64,000 nt of DNA, taken from Eledone cirrhosa. Lineage: Eukaryota. The position numbers and the translations under genes are program-made. Under the pieces are notes generated by a model. It searched no databases. It had not been told where the DNA came from and saw only the letters and a program-made list of their open reading frames with translations. The DNA lies in NCBI GenBank assembly GCA_964016885.1, contig OZ024741.1, positions 414,160,001 to 414,224,000 on the forward strand, written 5' to 3'. Of the stretch, positions 52,400 to 64,000 are shown piece by piece (within the stretch, counting starts at the first letter, position 1; every line of letters begins with the position of its first letter).

Positions 52400-52920
52400 A
52401 TGATTTCTAGTATAGGCACAAGGCCAGTAATTTGGGCGGAGGGGAAAGTTTATTTTATCAACCCTGTAAGGATGAAAGGCAAAGTTAACCTCGGCGGGAT
52501 TTGAACTCAGACCATAAAGGGCCATAACTCTATACTGCCAAAGCATGGCGTCCGACCCTCTACCAATACAGCCAATCCCCTGCTCTTATAATAATAATAA
52601 TAATAATAATTTCTGATTTAGGCACAAGGCCAACAATTTTAGGAGAAGGGAAAGTTTATTAAATCCACCCCAGTGCATTACTGGTACTTTATTTTATCAA
52701 CCCAGTAAGGATGAAAGGCAAAGTTAACAAATAATTGTTTCTACTATTGGCACAAGGCCAGCAAATTACCCAGTACATTACTGGTACTTTATTTTATCGA
52801 CCCCGTAAGGATGAAAGGCAAAGTTAACCTCGGCGGGATTTGAACTCAGAATGGCAAGGGCCGTAACTCTATGCGTCAAAGCATGGCGTCCGACCCTCTA
52901 CTGATACTGCCAATTCACCG
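52400..52920 (-). mobile_element. Cluster of three tRNA-derived SINE copies (one partial)
   Basis: Three GGCACAAGGCCA...GGATGAAAGGCAAAGTTAAC cores; two have B-box heads. Confidence 0.8.
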
Positions 52921-53173
52921 CAAAGTTAACAAATAATGCAATGGTATTTTATCTGAGTTATAAAGGTAAAGTTACATGGTACCAGTAATGAATTGGATTA
53001 TATGGTACCAGTAACATGCTGGGTTACATGGTACCAAATGGTACCAGTAACATACTGGTTTACATAGTACCAGTAGCAGTCAGAACCCTAACCTGACCAT
53101 AACAACATACATTAACTATAAAAACAACAACAGCAGCAAAAGAAAGAAAGAAATCAATATCCCTAAAACTCAC

Positions 53174-53355
53174 CTTAATGGCAGATGGTTTGATGGTTTC
53201 CAAATAAATCACTGTTCTCTGTGAAACAGCTGTATTCATATCTTCTAAGGAACCAACAAGGTAACAGAATGCATGAGATAAAGCAGTCTGTACAACTTGA
53301 TTATTATGTATAGAGTCGACATCTAACAGACGACAAATCACCACAACTTTTTCAA
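53174..53355 (-). CDS. unc79: Coding exon (182 nt, phase 1-0) of unc-79 homolog
   Basis: Acceptor ATGATTTCAG, donor AAG|GTGAGT. Peptide ...HAFCYLVGSLEDMNTAVSQRTVIYLETIKPSAIK joins the next exon in frame. Confidence 0.87.
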
Positions 53356-53404
53356 CTGAAATCATATTAATAGTAAATATAAACAATGGCGTCATCATGT
53401 GGGG

Positions 53405-56400
53405 CGATGTTACAATATAGATTATAACAGAGGGATGACCCTTTAAAGACATGTGGAGATGTTATAAGATAGAGGGATGACCCTTTAAAGACATGTAGAG
53501 ATGTTATAGGATAGAGGGATAACCCTTTAAAGACATGTGGAGAGATGTTATAAGATAGAGGGATGACCCTTTAAAGACATGTGGAGATGTTATAAGATAG
53601 AGGGATGACCCTTTAAAGACATCTGGAGATGTTATAAGATAGAGGGACAATGCTTTAAAGACATGTGGAGATGTTAAAAGATAGAGACATTACCCTTTAA
53701 AGACAAGTGGAGATGTTATAAGATAGAGGGATGACCCTTTAAAGACAGGTGGAGACGTCATAAGATAGAGGGATGACCCTTTAAAGACATGTGGAGATGT
53801 TATAAGATAGAGGGATAACCCTTTAAAGACATGTGAAGATCTTATAAGATAGGATGACCCTTTAAAGACATGTAGAAGTGTTATAAGATAGAGGGATGAC
53901 CCTTCATAGACATGTGGAGATGTTATAAGATAGAGGGATAACCCTTTAAAACCATGTGGAGATGTTATAAGATACAGGGATGACCCTTTAAAGACATGTG
54001 GAGAGATGTTATAAGATAGTGGGATAACCCTTTAAAGACATGTGGAGAGATGTTATAAGATAGAGGAATGACCCTTTAAAAACATGTGGAGATATGTTAT
54101 AAGATAGAGGGATGACCCTTTAAAGACATGTGGAGATCTTATTAGATAGAGGGATGACCCTTTAAAGACATGTAGAGATGTTATAACATAGAGGGATGAC
54201 CCTTTAAAGACATGTAGAGATGTTATAAGATAGAAGGATGACCCTTTAAAGACATGTAGAGATGTTATAAGATAGAAGGATGACCCTTTAAAGACATGTA
54301 GAGATGTCATAAGAGAGAGGGATCAACCTTTAAAGACATGTGGAGATGTTATAAGATAGAAGGATGACCCTTTAAAGACATGTATCAGTGTTATAAGATA
54401 GAGGGATGACCCTTCATAGACATGTGGAGATGTTATAAGATAGAGGGATCAACCTTTAAAGACATGTGGAGATGTTATGAGATAGAGTGATAACCCTTTA
54501 AAGCCATGAGGAGATGTTATAAGATACACGGATGACCCTTTAAAGACATGTGGAGATGTTATAAGATAGAGGGATAACCCTTTAAAAACATAAGGAGAGA
54601 TGTTATAAGATAGAGGAATGACCTTTAAAGACATGTGGAGGTGTTATAAGATAGAGGGATGACCCTTTAAAGACAGGTGGAGACGTTATAAGATAGGATG
54701 ACCCTTTAAAGACATGTAGAAGTGTTATAAGATAGAGAGATGACCCTTCATAGACATGTGGAGATGTTATAAGATAGAGGGATAACCCTTCAAAGACATG
54801 TGGAGAGATGTTATAAGATAGAGGAATGACCCTTTAAAGACATGTGGAGATATGTTATAAGATAGGGCGATGACCCTTTAAAGACATGTAGAGATGTTAT
54901 AAGATAGAGGGATGACCCTTTAAAGACATGTAGAGGTGTTATAAGATAGAGGGATGAACCTTTAAAGACAGGTTAAGCGTTATAAGATAGAGGGATGACT
55001 CTTTAAAGACATGTGGAGATGTTATAAGATAGAGGGATAACCCTTGAAAGACATGTGGAGATCTTATAAGAAAGAGGTATAACCCTTTAAAGACGTGGAG
55101 AGATGTTATAAGATAGAGGGATGACTTTTTAAAGACATGTGGAGATGTTATAAGAGAGAGATAACCCTTTAAGGACATGTGGATATGTTATAAGGTAGAG
55201 GGATAATCCTTTAAAGTCATGTGGAGATGTTATAAGATAGAGGGATAACCCTTTGAAGACATGTAGAGATGTTATAAGATAGAAGGATGACCCTTTAAAG
55301 ACATGTATCAGTGTTATAAGATAGAGGGATGACCCTTCATAGACATGTGGAGTTGTTATAAGATAGAGGGATCAACCTTTAAAGACATGTGGAGATGTTA
55401 TAAGATAGAGTGATAACCCTTTAAAGACATGTGGAGATGTTATAAGATACAGGGATGACCCTTTAAAGACATGTGGAGATGTTATAAGATAGAGGGATAA
55501 CCCTTTAAAAACATGAGGAGAGATGTTATAAGATAGAGGAATGACCATTTAAAGACATGTGGAGGTGTTATAAGATAGAGGGATGACCCTTTAAAGACAG
55601 GTGGAGACGTTATAAGATAGAGGGATGACTCTTTAAAGACATGTGGAGATGTTATAAGATAGAGGGATAACCCTTTAAAGACATGTGGAGATCTTATAAG
55701 ATAGGATGACCCTTTAAAGACATGTAGAAGTGTTATAAGATAGAGGGATGACCCTTCATAGACATGTGGAGATGTTATAAGATAGAGGGATAACCCTTTA
55801 AAACCATGTGGAGATGTTATAAGATACAGGGATGACCCTTTAAAGACATGTGGAGAGATGTTATAAGATAGAGGGATAACCCTTTAAAGACATGTGGAGA
55901 GATGTTATAAGATAGAGGAATGACCCTTAAAGACATGTGGAGATATGTTATAAGATAGAGGGATCACCCTTTAAAGACATGTAGAGATGTTATAAGATAA
56001 AGGGATGACCCTTTAAAGACATGTAGAGGTGTTATAAGATAGAGGGATGACCCTTTACAGACAGGTGAAGCGTTATAAGATAGAGGGATGACTCTTTAAA
56101 GACATGTGGAGATGTTATAAGATAGAGGGATAACCCTTGAAAGACATGTGGAGATCTTATAAGAAAGAGGTATAACCCTTTAAAGATGTGGAGAGATGTT
56201 ATAAGATAGAGGGATGACCTTTTAAAGACATGTGGAGATGTTATAAGAGAGGGATAACCCTTTAAAGACATGTGGATATGTTATAAGGTAGAGGGATAAC
56301 CCTTTGAAGACATGTGGTGATGTTATATGATAGAGGGATAACCCTTTAAAGACATGTGGAGATGTTATAAGATAGAGGGATAACCCTTTAAAGACATGTG

Positions 56401-59400
56401 GAGATCTTATAAGATAGAGGGATGACCCTTAAAAGACATGTAGAGATGTTATAAGATAGAAGGATGACCCTTTAAAGACATGTATCAGTGTTATAAGATA
56501 GAGGGATGACCCTTCATAGACATGTGGAGATGTTATAAGATAGAGGGATGACCCTTTAACGACATGTAGAGATGTTATGAGATAGAGGGATGACCCTTTA
56601 AAGACATTTGGAGATGTTATAACATAGAGGGATAACGCTTTAAAGACATGTCGAGATGTTAAAAGATAGAGGGATGACCCTTTAAAGACATGTGGAGTTG
56701 TTATAAGATGGAGGGATTACCCTTTAAAGACATGTGGAGATGTTATAAGATGGAGGGATCAACCTTTAAAGACATGTGGAGATGTTATGAGATAGAGTGA
56801 TAACCCTTTAAAACCATGTGGAGATGTTATAAGATACAGGGATGACCCTTTAAAGACATGTGGAGATGTTATAAGATAGAGGGATAACCCTTTAAAAACA
56901 TGAGGAGAGATGTTATAAGATAGAGGAATGACCCTTTAAAGACATGTGGAGGTGTTATAAGATAGAGGGATGACCCTTTAAAGACAGGTGGAGACGTTAT
57001 AAGATAGAGGGATGACTCTTTAAAGACATGTGGAGATGTTATAAGATAGAAGGATAACCCTTTAAAGACATGTGGAGATATGTTATAAGATAGAGGGATG
57101 ACCCTTTAAGGACATGTGGATATGTTATAAGGTAGAGGGATAACCCTTTAAAGACATGTGGAGATGTTATAAGATAGAGGGATAACTCTTTAAAGACATG
57201 TGGTGATGTTATAAGGAAGAGGTATAACCCTTTAAAGATGTGGAGAGATGTAATAAGATAGAAGGATGACCTTTTAAAGACATGTGGAGATGTTATAAGA
57301 GAGGGATAACCCTTTAAGGACATTTGGATATGTCATAAGGTAGAGGGATAATCCTTTAAAGTCATGTGGAGATGTTATAAGATAGAGGGATAACCCTTTG
57401 AAGACATGTGGAGATGTTATATGATAGAGGGATAACCCTTTAAAGACATGTGGAGAGATGTTATTAGAGGAATGACCCTTTAAAGACATGTGGAGATATG
57501 CTATAAGATAGAGGGATGACCCTTTAAAGACATGTGGAGATGTTATAAGATAGAGGGATGACCCTTTAAAGACATGTGGAGATGTTATAAGATAAAGGGA
57601 TAACCCTTTAAAGACATGTAGAGATGTTATAAGATAGAAGGATGACCCTTTAAAGACACGTAGAGATGTTATAAGATAGACGGATCAACCTTTAAAGACA
57701 TGTGGAGATGTTATAAGATAGAGTGATAACCCTTGAAAACCATGTGGAGATGTTATAAGATACAGGGATGACCCTTTAAAGACATGTGGAGATGTTATAA
57801 GATAGAGGGATAACCCTTTAAAAACATGAGGAGAGATGTTATAAGATAGAGGAATGACCCTTTAAAACAGGTGGAGACGTTATAAGATAGAGGGATGACT
57901 CTTTAAAGACATGTGGAGATGTTAGAAGATAGAGGGATAACCCTTTAAAACCATGTGGAGATGTTATAAGATACAGGGATGACCCTTTAAAGACATGTGG
58001 AGAGATGTTATAAGATAGAGGAATGACCCTTTAAAGACATGTGGAGATATGTTATAAGATAGAGGGATGACCCTTTAAAGACATGTGGAGATGTGATATG
58101 ATAGAACGATAACCCTTTAAAGACATGTAGCAGTGTTATAAGATAGAGGGATGACCCTTCATAGACTTGTGGAGATGTTATAAGATAGAGGGATAACCCT
58201 TTAAAACCATGTCGAGATTTTATAAGATACAGGGATGACCCTTTAAAGACATGTGGAGAGATGTTATAAGATAGAGGGATAACCCTTTAAAGACATGTGG
58301 AGGGATGTTATAAGATAGAGGACTGACCCTTTAAAGACATGTGGAGATATGTTATAAGATAGAGGGATGACCCTTTAAAGACATGTAGAGATGTTATAAG
58401 ATAGAGGGATGACCCTTTAAAGATATGTAGAGATGTTATAAGATAGCGGGATGACCTTTTAAAGACATGTGGAGATGTTATAAGAGAGGGATAACCCTTT
58501 AAGGACATGTGGATATGTTATAAAGTAGAGGGATAATCCTTTAAAGTCATGTGGAGATGTTATAAGATAGAGGGATAACCCTTTGAAGACATGTGGTGAT
58601 GTTATATGATAGAGGGATAACCCTTTAAAGACATGTGGAGATGTTATAAGATAGAGGGATAACGCTTTAAAGACATGTGGAGATCTAAGATAGAGGGATG
58701 ACCCTTTAAAAACATGTAGAGATGTTATAAGATAGAAGGATGACCCTTTAAAGACATGTAGCAGTGTTATAAGATAGAGGGATGACCCTTTAAAGACATG
58801 TAGAGATGTTATAATATAGAAGGATGACCCTTTAAAAACATGAGGAGAGATGTTATAAGACAGAGGGATAACCCTTTAAAACCATGTGGAGATGTTATAA
58901 GATACAGGGATGACCCTTTAAAGACATGTGGATATGTTATAAGATAGAGGGATAACCCTTTAAAAACATGAGGAGAGATGTTATAAGATAGAGGAATGAC
59001 CCTTTAAAGACATGTGGAGGTGTTATAAGATAGAGGGATGACCCTTTAAAGACAGGTGGAGACGTTATAAGATAGAGGGATGACTCTTTAAAGACATGTG
59101 GAGATGTTATAAGATAGAGGGATAACCGTTTAAAGACATATGGACATCTTATAAGATAGAAGGTTGACCCTTTAAAAACATGTAGAAGTGTTATAAGATA
59201 CAGGGATGACCCTTCATAGACATGTGGAGATGTTATAAGATAGAGGGATAACCCTTTAAAACCATGTGGAGATGTTATAAGATACAGGGATGACCCTTTA
59301 AAGACATGTGGAGAGATGTTATAAGATAGAGGGATGACCCTTTAAAGACATGTGGATATGTTATAAGTTAGAGGGATAACCCTTTAAAGACATGTGGAGA

Positions 59401-62400
59401 TGTTATAAGAAAGAGGTATAACCCTTTAAAGATGTGGAGAGATGTTATAAGATAGAGGGATGACCCTTTGAAGACATGTGGAGATGTTATAAGAGAGGGA
59501 TAACCCTTTAAGGACATTTGGATATGTTATAAGGTAGAGGGATAATCCTTTAAAGTCATGTGGAGATGTTATAAGATAGAGGGATAACCCTTTGAAGACA
59601 TGTGGAGATGTTATATGATAGAGGGATAACCCTTTAAAGACATGTGGAGATTTTATAAGATAGAGGGATGACCCTTTAAAGACATGTAGAGATGTTATAA
59701 GATAGAAGGATGACCATTTAAAGACATGTAGCAGTGTTATAAGATAGAGGGATGACCCTTCATAGACATGTGGAGGTGTTATAAGATAGAGGGATAACCC
59801 TTTAAAACCATGTGGAGATGTTATAAGATACAGGGATGACCCTTTAAAGACATGTGGAGAGATGTTATTAGAGGAATGACCCTTTAAAGACATGTGAAGA
59901 TATGCTATAAGATAGAAGGATGACCCTTTAAAGACATGTGGAGATGTTATAAGATAGAGGGATGACCCTTTAAAGACATGTGGAGATGTTATAAGATAAA
60001 GGGATAACCCTTTAAAGACATGTGGTGATATTATAAGATAGAGGGATGACCCTTTAAAGACATGTGGAGATGTTATAAGATAGAGTGATAACCCTTTAAA
60101 GACATGTGGAGACGTTATAAGATAGAGGGATGACTCTTTAAAGACATGTGGAGATGTTATAAGATAGAGGGATAACCCTTTAAAGACATGTGGAGATCTT
60201 ATAAGATAGAAGGATGACCCTTTAAAGACATGTAGAAGTGTTATAAGATAGAGGGATGACCCTTCATAGACATGTGGAGATGTTATAAGATAGAGGGATA
60301 ACCCTTTAAAACCATGTGGAGATCTTATAAGATACAAGGATGACCCTTTAAAGACATGTGGAGAGATGTTATAAGATAGAGGGATAACCCTTTAAAGACA
60401 TGTGGAGATATGCTATAAGATAGAGGGATGACCCTTTAAAGACATGTGGAGATGTTATAAGATAGAGGGATGACCCTTTAAAGACATGTGGAGATGTTAT
60501 AAGATAGAGGGATAACCCTTTAAAGACATGTGGAGATGTTATAAGATACAGGGATGACCCTTTAAAGACATGTGGAGAGATGTTATAAGATAGAGGGATG
60601 ACCCTTTAAAGACATGTGGAGATCTTATTAGATAGAGGGATGACCCTTTAAAGACATGTAGAGATGTTATAACATAGAGGGATGACCCTTTAAAGACATG
60701 TAGAGATGTTATAAGATAGAAGGATGACCCTTTAAAGACATGTAGAGATGTTATAAGATAGAAGGATGACCCTTTAAAGACATGTAGAGATGTCATAAGA
60801 GAGAGGGATCAACCTTTAAAGACATGTGGAGATGTTATAAGATAGAAGGATGACCCTTTAAAGACATGTATCAGTGTTATAAGATAGAGGGATGACCCTT
60901 CATAGACATGTGGAGATGTTATAAGAGAGAGGGATCAACCTTTAAAGACATGTGGAGATGTTATGAGATAGAGTGATAACCCTTTAAAGCCATGAGGAGA
61001 TGTTATAAGATACACGGATGACCCTTTAAAGACATGTGGAGATGTTATAAGATAGAGGGATAACCCTTTAAAAACATAAGGAGAGATGTTATAAGATAGA
61101 GGAATGACCTTTAAAGACATGTGGAGGTGTTATAAGATAGAGGGATGACCCTTTAAAGACAGGTGAAGACGTTATAAGATAGGATGACCCTTTAAAGACA
61201 TGTAGAAGTGTTATAAGATAGAGAGATGACCCTTCATAGACATGTGGAGATGTTATAAGATAGAGGGATAACCCTTCAAAGACATGTGGAGAGATGTTAT
61301 AAGATAGAGGAATGACCCTTTAAAGACATGTGGAGATATGTTATAAGATAGGGCGATGACCCTTTAAAGACATGTAGAGATGTTATAAGATAGAGGGATG
61401 ACCCTTTAAAGACATGTAGAGGTGTTATAAGATAGAGGGATGAACCTTTAAAGACAGGTTAAGCGTTATAAGATAGAGGGATGACTCTTTAAAGACATGT
61501 GGAGATGTTATAAGATAGAGGGATAACCCTTGAAAGACATGTGGAGATCTTATAAGAAAGAGGTATAACCCTTTAAAGACGTGGAGAGATGTTATAAGAT
61601 AGAGGGATGACTTTTTAAAGACATGTGGAGATGTTATAAGAGAGAGATAACCCTTTAAGGACATGTGGATATGTTATAAGGTAGAGGGATAATCCTTTAA
61701 AGTCATGTGGAGATGTTATAAGATAGAGGGATAACCCTTTGAAGACATGTAGAGATGTTATAAGATAGAAGGATGACCCTTTAAAGACATGTATCAGTGT
61801 TATAAGATAGAGGGATGACCCTTCATAGACATGTGGAGTTGTTATAAGATAGAGGGATCAACCTTTAAAGACATGTGGAGATGTTATAAGATAGAGTGAT
61901 AACCCTTTAAAGACATGTGGAGATGTTATAAGATACAGGGATGACCCTTTAAAGACATGTGGAGATGTTATAAGATAGAGGGATAACCCTTTAAAAACAT
62001 GAGGAGAGATGTTATAAGATAGAGGAATGACCCTTTAAAGACATGTGGAGGTGTTATAAGATAGAGGGATGACCCTTTAAAGACAGGTGGAGACGTTATA
62101 AGATAGAGGGATGACTCTTTAAAGACATGTGGAGATGTTATAAGATAGAGGGATAACCCTTTAAAGACATGTGGAGATCTTATAAGATAGGATGACCCTT
62201 TAAAGACATGTAGAAGTGTTATAAGATAGAGGGATGACCCTTCATAGACATGTGGAGATGTTATAAGATAGAGGGATAACCCTTTAAAACCATGTGGAGA
62301 TGTTATAAGATACAGGGATGACCCTTTAAAGACATGTGGAGAGATGTTATAAGATAGAGGGATAACCCTTTAAAGACATGTGGAGAGATGTTATAAGATA

Positions 62401-64000
62401 GAGGAATGACCCTTAAAGACATGTGGAGATATGTTATAAGATAGAGGGATCACCCTTTAAAGACATGTAGAGATGTTATAAGATAAAGGGATGACCCTTT
62501 AAAGACATGTAGAGGTGTTATAAGATAGAGGGATGACCCTTTACAGACAGGTGAAGCGTTATAAGATAGAGGGATGACTCTTTAAAGACATGTGGAGATG
62601 TTATAAGATAGAGGGATAACCCTTGAAAGACATGTGGAGATCTTATAAGAAAGAGGTATAACCCTTTAAAGATGTGGAGAGATGTTATAAGATAGAGGGA
62701 TGACCTTTTAAAGACATGTGGAGATGTTATAAGAGAGGGATAACCCTTTAAAGACATGTGGATATGTTATAAGGTAGAGGGATAACCCTTTGAAGACATG
62801 TGGTGATGTTATATGATAGAGGGATAACCCTTTAAAGACATGTGGAGATGTTATAAGATAGAGGGATAACCCTTTAAAGACATGTGGAGATCTTATAAGA
62901 TAGAGGGATGACCCTTAAAAGACATGTAGAGATGTTATAAGATAGAAGGATGACCCTTTAAAGACATGTATCAGTGTTATAAGATAGAGGGATGACCCTT
63001 CATAGACATGTGGAGATGTTATAAGATAGAGGGATGACCCTTTAACGACATGTAGAGATGTTATGAGATAGAGGGATGACCCTTTAAAGACATGTGGAGA
63101 TGTTATAACATAGAGGGATAACGCTTTAAAGACATGTCGAGATGTTAAAAGATAGAGGGATGACCCTTTAAAGACATGTGGAGTTGTTATAAGATGGAGG
63201 GATTACCCTTTAAAGACATGTGGAGATGTTATAAGATGGAGGGATCAACCTTTAAAGACATGTGGAGATGTTATGAGATAGAGTGATAACCCTTTAAAAC
63301 CATGTGGAGATGTTATAAGATACAGGGATGACCCTTTAAAGACATGTGGAGATGTTATAAGATAGAGGGATAACCCTTTAAAAACATGAGGAGAGATGTT
63401 ATAAGATAGAGGAATGACCCTTTAAAGACATGTGGAGGTATTATAAGATAGAGGGATGACCCTTTAAAGACAGGTGGAGACGTTATAAGATAGAGGGATG
63501 ACTCTTTAAAGACATGTGGAGATGTTATAAGATAGAAGGATAACCCTTTAAAGACATGTGGAGATATGTTATAAGATAGAGGGATGACCCTTTAAGGACA
63601 TGTGGATATGTTATAAGGTAGAGGGATAACCCTTTAAAGACATGTGGAGATGTTATAAGATAGAGGGATAACCCTTTAAAGACATGTGGTGATGTTATAA
63701 GGAAGAGGTATAACCCTTTAAAGATGTGGAGAGATGTAATAAGATAGAAGGATGACCTTTTAAAGACATGTGGAGATGTTATAAGAGAGGGATAACCCTT
63801 TAAGGACATTTGGATATGTCATAAGGTAGAGGAATAATCCTTTAAAGTCATGTGGAGATGTTATAAGATAGAGGGATAACCCTTTGAAGACATGTGGAGA
63901 TGTTATATGATAGAGGGATAACCCTTTAAAGACATGTGGAGAGATGTTATTAGAGGAATGACCCTTTAAAGACATGTGGAGATATGCTATAAGATAGAGG
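53405..64000. repeat. 42-bp satellite (GATGTTATAAGATAGAGGGATGACCCTTTAAAGACATGTGGA), >10.5 kb, runs off window end
   Basis: Direct periodicity; 14-aa repeats in spurious ORFs; 6486-bp higher-order duplication. Confidence 0.97.

Noticed and set aside
53405-64000. Similarity of the 6486-bp satellite period to the 6474-bp LINE spacing
   Set aside because: Unrelated sequences; treated as coincidence.

Overview
Repeat-dominated animal genomic DNA; the SINE, MITE and microsatellite landscape suggests a coleoid cephalopod such as Octopus (inference). The host gene is on the minus strand: three phase-compatible GT-AG exons (53355-53174, 51959-51758, 35871-35692) splice into a continuous peptide resembling UNC-79, a NALCN channel-complex subunit. 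Almost everything else is probably intron. There are four large satellite arrays (49, 72/60, 23 and 42 bp monomers), and three can be traced to DNA transposons. The most striking structure is a 14.7-kb composite (7114-21819). It is a TTAA-flanked TIR element whose interior has expanded into a 72-bp satellite. It hosts two full-length Tx1-group (L1 clade) LINEs joined at the same monomer position, one with intact ORF1 and ORF2, plus two Helitron-like insertions. The architecture is analogous to Xenopus Tx1L-in-Tx1D. A 14.5-kb 23-bp satellite appears to have been amplified from a Tc1/mariner transposase coding fragment. Also present: a decayed CR1-like LINE, an RTE 3' fragment, a related Tx1 3' fragment in an (AAT)n tract, tRNA-derived SINEs, a mariner MITE, and a cluster of Penelope-like ends with long hairpins and a minimal hammerhead ribozyme motif. 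Family names come from motif recognition only; no database searches were run.
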